IMG/VR virus record: IMGVR_UViG_3300021405_000042
Span: 1 to 31,241 of that record
Direction: 5' to 3' (one strand)
Source of the DNA: a virus
Lineage: Duplodnaviria; Caudoviricetes
DNA: 31,241 nt
In this document: positions 7,941 to 15,488 of the stretch, piece after piece
How positions within the stretch are numbered: position 1 is the first letter of the stretch
How the letters are laid out: the number at the start of each line of letters is the position of its first letter
Position numbers and translations under genes: made by a program
Notes under the pieces: model-generated
Seen by the model: the letters and a program-made list of their open reading frames with translations, nothing else
What the model was told of the DNA's origin: nothing
Database searches by the model: none

Positions 7941-8520
7941 GGACTACACTGCTGAATTGAAAGCACAATCAGAACGCAAGGCAGAAGAAGCCCATGCGGT
8001 TGATATGTTTACGCATCATTTCGACTCATATACTCCCCATGATAAAGCCACCCTCCATCAATGGACAACGAATTCTGAGGCTATCAAGAACAATGATCAG
8101 GGGAAGCGTGATCATATGGACCAGATTATACAGAAGCACACAACCCCAATCAAAGCCACCGTCTGGTCTAAGACATTGAACGATCCCCGCAAGAAAGCTA
8201 ATGCACAAGGCATTGTAGAGCACCCCAGACATATGAGTACCTCACTGCATAAGAATGCCGCCACTGATTACCTGAAGGATCGAAACGCAGTCCATGAGTA
8301 TGATAAGGATCATAACGTCATCGCTTCCCATCATCATGTGCTCAAGGTATCAGTTCCCTCAGGCACCAATGCAGCTTTCATTCATGATGAGAATTCAATC
8401 AACCCAAAGTACAAGGAAGTCGTTCTACCAAGAGATAAGAAACTCAAATATCTTCACACTGAAACCTCGACCAATGGGTCTAGGCATGAGCATATCCACC
8501 ATATGGAGCTAATCAAATGA
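7933..8520 (+). CDS. Stand-alone divergent ADP-ribosyltransferase-fold protein (ART-2)
   Basis: GTG start; TVWSK, HMSTSL, HVLKVSVPSG, YKEVVLPRD and HHMELIK align with ART-1 and ART-3. Confidence 0.75.
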   Translation: MPKDYTAELKAQSERKAEEAHAVDMFTHHFDSYTPHDKATLHQWTTNSEAIKNNDQGKRDHMDQIIQKHTTPIKATVWSKTLNDPRKKANAQGIVEHPRHMSTSLHKNAATDYLKDRNAVHEYDKDHNVIASHHHVLKVSVPSGTNAAFIHDENSINPKYKEVVLPRDKKLKYLHTETSTNGSRHEHIHHMELIK

Positions 8521-8539
8521 AGAGCGGAGGAACGAAGCG

Positions 8540-8707
8540 ATGAAGTGTTGTCCACATAATACCACGAATGGAATATCTGTTCGATATTCTTCTACAAAGC
8601 AGAAGGTTTCTATTTTAATGCCTATAATTGGCCTTTTAAGCCAGTTAAAATGCCTTATAATAGGCCGTAGGCCGTATGGATTGAGTGGAGGATCAGGTGA
8701 AGAGTAA
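8540..8707 (+). CDS. Possible small hypothetical protein (55 aa)
   Basis: GGAGG at 8526-8530, ATG 8540, open to TAA 8705-8707; no recognisable motif. Confidence 0.35.
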   Translation: MKCCPHNTTNGISVRYSSTKQKVSILMPIIGLLSQLKCLIIGRRPYGLSGGSGEE

Positions 8708-8975
8708 AGAAGTCGCTGACCAGCCCATAGCCAATTCTTCGGATTGCCCCAAAGGATCGTCGCCCAGAGATGGGTCAGATGATATACGTCTTCTGACCAA
8801 TGACTTGTTTAGGCCGCAGGCCACTAAAGGCTCGCTCCGCTCGCCTATTCTAAATGCTCAATTCCTTCTTGGTCTAATCGCACTTAACGTATTCACTTAT
8901 CTAATCTTCATTGCAATCGCTTTCACATTGGCTGCATTATTGGCTGACCTAATCTCCCACCTGATGGGGTTATAA
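8697..8975 (+). CDS. Putative membrane protein
   Basis: GGAGG at 8687-8691 before in-frame GTG 8697; long hydrophobic C-terminus. Confidence 0.5.
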   Translation: MKSKEVADQPIANSSDCPKGSSPRDGSDDIRLLTNDLFRPQATKGSLRSPILNAQFLLGLIALNVFTYLIFIAIAFTLAALLADLISHLMGL

Positions 8976-8978
8976 ATA
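8971..8978 (+). promoter_or_regulatory. Late promoter TATAAATA
   Basis: Perfect T4 late consensus, 4 nt before ATG 8983. Confidence 0.75.
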
Positions 8979-8982
8979 GACC

Positions 8983-9219
8983 ATGAACAAGCCCCTAAGA
9001 GAGATTGCCCCCATGAGAGCCCCAGAGATAGCCAGTGCAGTGTACACGAAGGCTAATAAGACCATCTATGTGTACGATGCTAGAGGTAACATACTCTTCA
9101 TTCTAACCGCTGATGACCTATTAGGCTACACGCAGAGTACATTAACTGCTCGATTAGGGCATCATGCACTGACCTATAACAACATGGGTACACAGATCAA
9201 CATACAGACTATTCGCTAA
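8983..9219 (+). CDS. Small beta-rich protein with N-terminal LREIAP tag
   Basis: MNKPLREIAP followed by an internally duplicated IYVYDARG / LTYNNMG beta motif. Confidence 0.75.
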   Translation: MNKPLREIAPMRAPEIASAVYTKANKTIYVYDARGNILFILTADDLLGYTQSTLTARLGHHALTYNNMGTQINIQTIR

Positions 9220-9591
9220 TCAAGTGCTATTCCGAAATGTATGCTAGATGAATGTTTTGACTATGATATACATTGGCCTAACAATCAGAAATGTAACCCA
9301 TGCGTAATGCAATAGGCAGCGATTAGGCAATAGATGACCAGCCATATAACCAAGAGTATGGCAAACAAATGCTTATTCATTAGCTATCCTTGTGGTATCG
9401 AGACGCTGATATAGGACATGGCAGTTGTGGGGCATTGACTGGTGGCACACGTTGCATCTGCCCTGTCCAAATGCACATAAGGCACACGAGCATTAGGCAA
9501 TCCATTGTCCAGTCTTTCACTGTAATCTCCTGTCCAGGCCAAAGGTTAGGAGTCCCTTGCTTCCTCTCACTTCACCTTTCCTAATGACGAT

Positions 9592-9625
9592 GAGGGCCTA
9601 TCGGCCTCTTTCAAATATTTTTTTT
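9592..9625 (+). terminator. Terminator-like hairpin at strand switch
   Basis: GAGGGCC-TATC-GGCCTC followed by TTTCAAATATTTTTTTT. Confidence 0.5.
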
Positions 9626-9671
9626 ATACTGGTCAGCAGTTTATTAGGAAAAGACCCCCCATACCCCTCTT

Positions 9672-10028
9672 TCAAAATTTTTTAATTTTACCAGCCACCT
9701 TGTACCAAGGACGAGGTAATAAATGTTTACGACGAACGGGGGAAGCCTTGAGTTCGGCAAGGTTAAAATGTTCTTTCCAAAGCCTTTTACCAATCGTAGA
9801 CCAATCAGGATTATGCACTTTGTTATGCAACGGGTGCTCTGTTCGTATGGCCTTTATCTCGGCTTGACGAGCGTCTGACTCAACATCATATATTTCAAAG
9901 GCAGTGAGATATATAGACGGACCCCACCACTTCATCTTATGCTCTTCTAACCTATCGTTCGTGTTGCCACTACCAACGTATAGGAGAACATCATTCTCAT
10001 CATAGCATCTGTACACGTCCCACGTCAT
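9672..10028 (-). CDS. GIY-YIG nuclease family protein
   Basis: VYRCYD...LLYVGSGNTNDRLEEH; conserved Glu (ARQAE..AI) and P.HN motif. Confidence 0.85.
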   Translation of the reverse strand: MTWDVYRCYDENDVLLYVGSGNTNDRLEEHKMKWWGPSIYLTAFEIYDVESDARQAEIKAIRTEHPLHNKVHNPDWSTIGKRLWKEHFNLAELKASPVRRKHLLPRPWYKVAGKIKKF

Positions 10029-10286
10029 CTAACCGTTGAACCCTCGCATAAAAGCTTTCGCCTTCCTATCGGTTCCTAACACGAATTCCTGATACATTGG
10101 GAGCATTTCTTGCAAGATTACTTGTGCCACCCCCTGCTCATATTCTGAGTATAGGGTATTGTCAAGAACTTTTAGCAGTTCTCTCGCTGATCGATTGCGA
10201 CTCTCAGCAATATCAACCAGTTGGATGAGTTGAAGCTTAAGGTCTGGCGTTGTCATCGTCATTTGGTTGTCCACAGAATGTAGCAT
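10029..10286 (-). CDS. Hypothetical protein (start uncertain)
   Basis: Part of a tightly packed minus-strand ORF chain. Confidence 0.6.
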   Translation of the reverse strand: MLHSVDNQMTMTTPDLKLQLIQLVDIAESRNRSARELLKVLDNTLYSEYEQGVAQVILQEMLPMYQEFVLGTDRKAKAFMRGFNG

Positions 10287-10500
10287 ATTGTGGACAACTC
10301 TTCTCCTTCTTGTAGGGGCAATTTGGATGGTCCAAGCAGTCTCGACTGGTCCTCCCGCATTGGGAGCAACCTATCAGGGTGTCGCTGAACCTCTTGGCAA
10401 TCTCGCCCCATGGGAAGAGATGAATTTCACCTTCGTCTGAAGACCTCTCGACTTGAGGCTTCTCCTTCCAAGGGAAAGCTCCAGGCTCTTCGTTAATCAT
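10237..10500 (-). CDS. Hypothetical protein with CxxC...C...C cluster
   Basis: Likely start MINEEPGAF overlapping the upstream stop; repeated FPW; CSQC and CLDHPNC. Confidence 0.55.
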   Translation of the reverse strand: MINEEPGAFPWKEKPQVERSSDEGEIHLFPWGEIAKRFSDTLIGCSQCGRTSRDCLDHPNCPYKKEKSCPQYATFCGQPNDDDNARP

Positions 10501-10774
10501 TGCTGATCGCACGGTACTCATGACCGTCCCAATGCTGTTTTGGGTCTGTGTATTCGTTGTCCCAATAGTGCTGCTCTGCCTGCCACCACTTGTCTTGCTG
10601 GTCGTCATCCTTTGTCCATGAGCGATTGACAATGCCGAAGCAGCCAGCCACAATGGCGGCGATGATACATAGGACGTATTCGAAGACACCCTCGAAATGT
10701 CTCGTGTCGTTAAAGATTGGCTCTTCCTGCTTGAGGAAGATCGGTTCGTCTGGTTTCATGGTGTAGAAGTCCAT
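10493..10774 (-). CDS. Single-TM hypothetical protein
   Basis: TAATG coupling; hydrophobic YVLCIIAAIVAGCFGIV. Confidence 0.65.
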   Translation of the reverse strand: MDFYTMKPDEPIFLKQEEPIFNDTRHFEGVFEYVLCIIAAIVAGCFGIVNRSWTKDDDQQDKWWQAEQHYWDNEYTDPKQHWDGHEYRAISND

Positions 10775-11001
10775 TATGCCCTCCAGGCTTGGATTTCATC
10801 GCCATTGTTTCGTTCAGCACGAACGAAAACAACATTCTCAACCTTCTGGACGTTCACTCCCGTGTAGTTGGTGTGGGTGAAGGTGACTTCCAAATTCTTC
10901 TGAGACGGCCTCTTGTCAACGGAGAAGGCGGAAATGTTCTCGATATAAGAAATGCGTTCAGAGCTAGTTTGTGGGTCAACCGAGTCGATCTGGAGTATCA
11001 T
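10774..11001 (-). CDS. Hypothetical protein
   Basis: AGGA upstream; coupled to next gene. Confidence 0.65.
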   Translation of the reverse strand: MILQIDSVDPQTSSERISYIENISAFSVDKRPSQKNLEVTFTHTNYTGVNVQKVENVVFVRAERNNGDEIQAWRA

Positions 11002-11013
11002 TATATAATCCTT

Positions 11014-11292
11014 TCATTGGTAGTGGAAGTAGACCATCCAATGTCCTTTGGATGGCTGGAGGGAACTGTCTTGAATGCAGACGTAGAAATATTCATCCTT
11101 TGCATCCAAGTGGGAATTGATCACCAGACATTGGGCGAAGTCATAACGATTTTCATAGGGGTCTTCTACTCCCCAAATATCCTTGGCCTTCCTGATCGCG
11201 ACCACTCGACCAACTTGCATGATCTTATGGTCTTCAGCCATACAGCCATCGCAGTTAACCTGAATGATCAGCTTACCTAACATGTCGGCCAT
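11014..11292 (-). CDS. Hypothetical protein
   Basis: Likely start MADMLGKL just after the upstream stop, preceded by AAGGA. Confidence 0.6.
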   Translation of the reverse strand: MADMLGKLIIQVNCDGCMAEDHKIMQVGRVVAIRKAKDIWGVEDPYENRYDFAQCLVINSHLDAKDEYFYVCIQDSSLQPSKGHWMVYFHYQ

Positions 11293-11294
11293 TA

Positions 11295-11399
11295 TCAAGT
11301 CCTTGGTGTCGGCCCCTTGCCGTTCAGGAAGAAGAAAAGCACGACCAGAGCCATGATGACCCAATAGTCGGGAAATGGTTGCTGGAAGTGCTCAAACAT
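11295..11399 (-). CDS. Small single-TM peptide (34 aa)
   Basis: MFEHFQQPFPDYWVIMALVVLFFFLNGKGPTPRT; overlaps upstream stop. Confidence 0.5.
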   Translation of the reverse strand: MFEHFQQPFPDYWVIMALVVLFFFLNGKGPTPRT

Positions 11400-11637
11400 C
11401 GAAGTCGTCTCTCGTATATGTGGGTTTCGCCGGCTTGGCATGAACCTCAAATGGCTGAGCGTCGAAACCGTTCTTTTGAACATCGGTTATGAAGGATGCT
11501 CGACCACTGAAGAAGTATTTGGAAACATCATCGATGATGATATCCATGATCTTCGCACCGAAGGAGCCACTGGCAAAGTGCAATTTCTTCCACTTGTGGA
11601 GGAAGATCATGAATTGTCTAATCTCTTCCTCATTCAT
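11392..11637 (-). CDS. Hypothetical protein
   Basis: Likely start MNEEEIRQ overlapping the upstream stop. Confidence 0.6.
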   Translation of the reverse strand: MNEEEIRQFMIFLHKWKKLHFASGSFGAKIMDIIIDDVSKYFFSGRASFITDVQKNGFDAQPFEVHAKPAKPTYTRDDFDV

Positions 11638-11893
11638 GACAGGATTGTCCACAGGAGTTGTGGCGGGTGTTGTCCTTGACCGTTGTTTTGTAACAGTCAA
11701 CGATCCCGCAGTAGCCGCGAATGTCGCTGTACTCACCCTCGATTTCGTCGAAGGGATATGGGCCAGCCTGACACTTCAAGCCTTCGACTTCACCCATACC
11801 AAGGACGGTGTAATTCACATACCAACTCAGATCGGTATGAAGACCATTGTCCCACTCAAGCTCTTTCGGAAGCACCTTGCCAGTTCCAGCCAT
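11630..11893 (-). CDS. Hypothetical protein
   Basis: GGAGG upstream of ATG; chain packing. Confidence 0.65.
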   Translation of the reverse strand: MAGTGKVLPKELEWDNGLHTDLSWYVNYTVLGMGEVEGLKCQAGPYPFDEIEGEYSDIRGYCGIVDCYKTTVKDNTRHNSCGQSCHE

Positions 11894-11894
11894 T

Positions 11895-12095
11895 TTATTC
11901 CTCCACGTCTAACGAATGAAATCGTTCGCAGGCTAGATAAAGCCCAAACTGACCAAGTTCTGCATCTGCATCACGAGCCGTTGCTGCACACTGATTGACT
12001 TCATTCTCTGGAAAGTAGAAGGCAGAAGTCTCCATTGTTTGGTGACCCATGAAGAAGAGGATCAGCAGCCAAATATGAACAGACAAATATGGCAT
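11895..12095 (-). CDS. Small protein with hydrophobic N-terminus (signal/TM)
   Basis: AGGAG upstream; IWLLILFFMG. Confidence 0.6.
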   Translation of the reverse strand: MPYLSVHIWLLILFFMGHQTMETSAFYFPENEVNQCAATARDADAELGQFGLYLACERFHSLDVEE

Positions 12096-12161
12096 GGCAC
12101 GCTCCTATCCTAATAGGCGAGCAAGATCAGAAGGACAATAACCGCTGCGACCCACCACATA

Positions 12162-12374
12162 TCAGTCGTTCGAACCGTTCTTCGTGATCGTCACGGTTGG
12201 GATTTGAGCGGCGACGTTGTGGGCAACGTTTGAAGCCTTATCGACGGCAGCGTGCTCGACGGCAAGAGCCTTGTCGGCAACGGAATGAGCAGCATTGGAA
12301 GCGGCACCCTTGGCAGCTTCAGCGAGCTTCTTGACTTCATCGAGACTTGTGGGGATATGCAGATTGAATGACAT
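12162..12374 (-). CDS. Ala-rich low-complexity protein
   Basis: AAGGAG upstream; repeated H(S/A)xxDKA helical units. Confidence 0.7.
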   Translation of the reverse strand: MSFNLHIPTSLDEVKKLAEAAKGAASNAAHSVADKALAVEHAAVDKASNVAHNVAAQIPTVTITKNGSND

Positions 12375-12419
12375 AGGTCTTCTCCTTGGTTATGTCCACG
12401 AATGTGAACGTTAAGTTAT

Positions 12420-12527
12420 CTAATGTCCAAAATAATGGACGCACATTGCAACCACTGCGGCAGCAAAAAACAGCACGAAGACGATATCAACGACTAGGTG
12501 CAAATGATCGTGTAGGCTCTTGGGCAT
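12420..12527 (-). CDS. Small single-TM peptide (35 aa)
   Basis: MPKSLHDHLHLVVDIVFVLFFAAAVVAMCVHYFGH fills the gap in the chain. Confidence 0.45.
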   Translation of the reverse strand: MPKSLHDHLHLVVDIVFVLFFAAAVVAMCVHYFGH

Positions 12528-12678
12528 AGATTTTCACCTTTGCTTTTCCAGCGAAGCCCATTGGGCCTTCGTAAACCCGTGTCGCCCTATTTTCGCGACA
12601 GGCTGCTTCGAACAGCCAAAATTCGTTCTGCGAGAGTGTTCCCACTTCTCGTCCGTTGATCTTCTTGAGCGAGTCCAT
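12487..12678 (-). CDS. Hypothetical protein
   Basis: GAGG upstream; starts 1 nt after previous stop. Confidence 0.6.
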   Translation of the reverse strand: MDSLKKINGREVGTLSQNEFWLFEAACRENRATRVYEGPMGFAGKAKVKIYAQEPTRSFAPSR

Positions 12679-12679
12679 G

Positions 12680-12889
12680 TTACGGCCTCTTGGTTAAGTC
12701 CAACTCATAAAGACTATCACCTTCCAGCGGAATAGGCAAGCCATTCGAGCCAAGCCCAATGCGAAGGTTCAGGCGATTGCCCTCGACGTTGGAGAAGTTG
12801 CTGATTGACTTGATCGTCACGTTACCGCCTTTGGCACGCTTGATCGTATCGCCAACCACAATGTCCTTTCCAAGCTTCTGATTATTCAT
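12680..12889 (-). CDS. Small beta-barrel-like hypothetical protein
   Basis: ATGA coupling; KDIVVGDTI motif. Confidence 0.65.
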   Translation of the reverse strand: MNNQKLGKDIVVGDTIKRAKGGNVTIKSISNFSNVEGNRLNLRIGLGSNGLPIPLEGDSLYELDLTKRP

Positions 12890-13038
12890 TTGACTTTAGC
12901 CTCTTCCATTCGAAGTTCTTCAAGCTCTTCATAGATGCGGTTCATCCATGCTTTACCGCCAGCCATCACAGGAACATTGCGAATGAGGTTCCGCAGTTCC
13001 TTCTTACGTTGGATTAGAGATAGCTTGCGTTTTGTCAT
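12886..13038 (-). CDS. Small basic protein (50 aa), first gene of the minus-strand cassette
   Basis: MTKRKLSLIQRKKELRNLIRNVP...; TGA overlaps next ATG; directly downstream of a sigma70 promoter. Confidence 0.65.
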   Translation of the reverse strand: MTKRKLSLIQRKKELRNLIRNVPVMAGGKAWMNRIYEELEELRMEEAKVK

Positions 13039-13044
13039 GTCCAG

Positions 13045-13073
13045 AAGCTAACATAGGCCGAAGGCCATGTCAA
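13045..13073 (-). promoter_or_regulatory. Host sigma70-type (early) promoter
   Basis: TTGACA-17 bp-TAGCTT with TG upstream of the -10; same TTGACATGGC as the promoter at 23014-23042. Confidence 0.75.
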
Positions 13074-13103
13074 GCGAAAAATGAGCCTTGGGCTTCGCCA
13101 TCT

Positions 13104-13111
13104 AATAAATA
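13104..13111 (+). promoter_or_regulatory. Late promoter upstream of gp16
   Basis: AATAAATA then AAGGAG RBS. Confidence 0.8.
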
Positions 13112-13135
13112 TCAGATAATCAAGGAGATATCCAT

Positions 13136-13549
13136 TTGTCAGAAGACCTCAACAAGAAGTTCAACCTCGTGGTCACTCCACCCGACATGGTGACTGAATT
13201 ATCAGCAGAGGTTCGTGCAGACAGTGCCAAAAAGGACTTCACGCAGGCACGTGCCTCAATGATGAATATAGTTGCGGTTGGTTCGCAGGCAATCTCAGAC
13301 TTGGGAGCAATGGCGTCTCAGGCTCAAGATGTCAATGCGTATTTGGCTCTGAGTTCCCTAATCAAGAGCGTATCGGACGCCAATTCAAACGCCCTTAGAC
13401 TTCACCGCCAGCTTCAAGACTTGGACGCACCTGAGTCAAATAAGACGAATGTTCCAGGCGAGTTGCATAATCACATTCACTTCCCATCAATGTCAACGAA
13501 TGACCTTAAGGAAGCTCTCAAGACCCTGAAGAACGAAAACCATGATTAG
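13136..13549 (+). CDS. gp16: Terminase small subunit, T4 gp16-like
   Basis: TTG start after AAGGAG; DF..AR..M..I...G..AI..L...A......AY..L..LIKSV.D.N pattern; ST.DL C-terminus; synteny. Confidence 0.85.
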   Translation: MSEDLNKKFNLVVTPPDMVTELSAEVRADSAKKDFTQARASMMNIVAVGSQAISDLGAMASQAQDVNAYLALSSLIKSVSDANSNALRLHRQLQDLDAPESNKTNVPGELHNHIHFPSMSTNDLKEALKTLKNENHD

Positions 13550-15488
13550 GTTCGACCAATTTCTAACCGAAGGGACTGATCCTTTCCATAATCGTGCCAT
13601 GGGTATCATGTCAGCGGAACGTGGTCACTTGTCTTCCGAAGAGAACGACCGTCGCTCAAAGACTCTGCATGGCGAACTCAAGGCCGCAGGCCATAAGGTC
13701 ATTCCTGCTTTCGGTGGCTACATAGAGAACCACAACACGCCTGATGCAAAAGAAACACGTGAGCGTTCCTTCATCGTCATGCATAACAAGCCTGGAGATG
13801 ACAAGGGTGCTGTCAAGAAGACTCTTACAACTCTAGGTCGCAAGTATGATCAGGACTCGATCCTTCACAAGCCTCACAACTCAGATGTAGCATCACTTCA
13901 TGGCACAAATAAGGCGGCTTGGCCTGGAATGAACAAAACTGTTGCGGCTGGCAAATATCGCAAAAGAAACAACGACCAGATGTTCACTCGTATGCCAAGT
14001 GGACGAGAGTTCACTTTCGGTGAGTCTCTGAACGAGGACGCAAACGACCACTCATTGACGGATGGCGGCAAGAAGATGCTTCAGTATTCACATGAATATA
14101 CCAACACCGTTGGTATGCCTCATATGCAGCCATCTATGCAAACCTCTTCAGCAGAGAAGCAGAAGCCTATTGCTGTTGCTTTTCATCATTTGGCTAACGA
14201 AGACCCAGAGTATAAGAAGCACGTCTTCAAGGCATATCAAGACCAACATCCTGATATGGTTAAGAATGCTGGTGCCAAGGACTACGATAGTCTTGCCCAT
14301 GCGTCCTACAATGCTTTCGGACACGAGACTAGCCAACAGCACGCCCTCTTAAGCAAGCACATCAATTTCGAATTCCATGGTGGTGACAAAGACTACCCTG
14401 ACTCGAACGCAATGCGTCAAGACCTCCATAATAACAACCACTTACACGTCTTCAATGGCGGTGAGGAACACGAAGCCAAGGCTCTATCCACACGCGATCA
14501 CGAGACTGGCCTAAACGGCAATGAGAAATTTCGTGCTGTACACGACGCCTTCGGTCATGGTATCCTGAAGAACGGTTTCGGCCCCAAAGGTGAGGAAACA
14601 GCATGGCACGCTCATCAACAGACATTCTCGCCTCTCGCACGAGCAGCCATGTCAACCGAGACACGTGGCCAGAACTCATGGGTCAACTACTCAGGCGTCA
14701 ACAAAGGCCGCGACCCAAAGCAAACAATTTTCGCAAAGCAGAAGGTGGGTCTCCTACCTCCTGAAATGAACAGACCTGATTACGACGGCACAATCCCTCA
14801 TTATCTGAAGAAGCATATGGACACTCCCATCACCGAGTCTAACTTTCCCGTATCTCAGGTACGTGAAAGTATGAAAGTGCGTCCTGAGGAAGACGAGAAC
14901 TTCCACTACGACCATATCGGTAAGGGTCCGTCAGAGGCTCTTCATAAGCGTTTGACACCACACTACAATTACGGCCCAGAGGAAAAGACAGCCCTCCACA
15001 AATACTCCGATCAAAGCCGAGATGTCAATCATCACCTTTGGAAAAAGAGTCAGTTCAAGGCAGGATGGGATATTCCAGAAAAGCACCAAGGGACCATTGA
15101 CAAAATGGACTCAGCGGTTCATGCTCATAAGACGCCAGAGGATATGACCGTTTATTCTGGTTCAGTTCACGATCCTCGAAAGATCAAGAATGCGGAAGGG
15201 GTAGTTCATCATCCAGCTTATATGAGTTCTTCAACCAATCCTTATCAGGCTCACTTCTTCGGATCGATGCATAGAGACTATGCCCCCGAAGGTGGAGTAG
15301 ATACACATATCCTACACGTGAAGGTTCCCAAGGGAAGCCCTGGAGCTTATATAAGCCATATAGCCAAGCAAGAAGGTGAAAGAGAATTTGTCCTGCCTCG
15401 TGACTCAAAGTTAAAATACAATAAGACGGACACGACAAAATACGGCTCGAACTATGTACACGAGCACCACATGGAGTTAGTTAAGTGA
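13542..15488 (+). CDS. Three-domain putative internal head polyprotein: DUF3293-like domain + HDxxGH domain + ART domain (ART-3)
   Basis: N-terminal MIRFDQFLTE; GIMSAER..EEN..R...LG.KYDQDSIL; FRAVHDAFGH...GEE.AW...TETRGQNSWVN; TVYSG / YMSSS / EGEREF. Confidence 0.8.
   Translation: MIRFDQFLTEGTDPFHNRAMGIMSAERGHLSSEENDRRSKTLHGELKAAGHKVIPAFGGYIENHNTPDAKETRERSFIVMHNKPGDDKGAVKKTLTTLGRKYDQDSILHKPHNSDVASLHGTNKAAWPGMNKTVAAGKYRKRNNDQMFTRMPSGREFTFGESLNEDANDHSLTDGGKKMLQYSHEYTNTVGMPHMQPSMQTSSAEKQKPIAVAFHHLANEDPEYKKHVFKAYQDQHPDMVKNAGAKDYDSLAHASYNAFGHETSQQHALLSKHINFEFHGGDKDYPDSNAMRQDLHNNNHLHVFNGGEEHEAKALSTRDHETGLNGNEKFRAVHDAFGHGILKNGFGPKGEETAWHAHQQTFSPLARAAMSTETRGQNSWVNYSGVNKGRDPKQTIFAKQKVGLLPPEMNRPDYDGTIPHYLKKHMDTPITESNFPVSQVRESMKVRPEEDENFHYDHIGKGPSEALHKRLTPHYNYGPEEKTALHKYSDQSRDVNHHLWKKSQFKAGWDIPEKHQGTIDKMDSAVHAHKTPEDMTVYSGSVHDPRKIKNAEGVVHHPAYMSSSTNPYQAHFFGSMHRDYAPEGGVDTHILHVKVPKGSPGAYISHIAKQEGEREFVLPRDSKLKYNKTDTTKYGSNYVHEHHMELVK

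Noticed and set aside
10789-11998. Plus-strand ORFs 10789-11280 and 11489-11998
   Set aside because: Antisense shadows of a coupled minus-strand operon that has RBSs and a promoter
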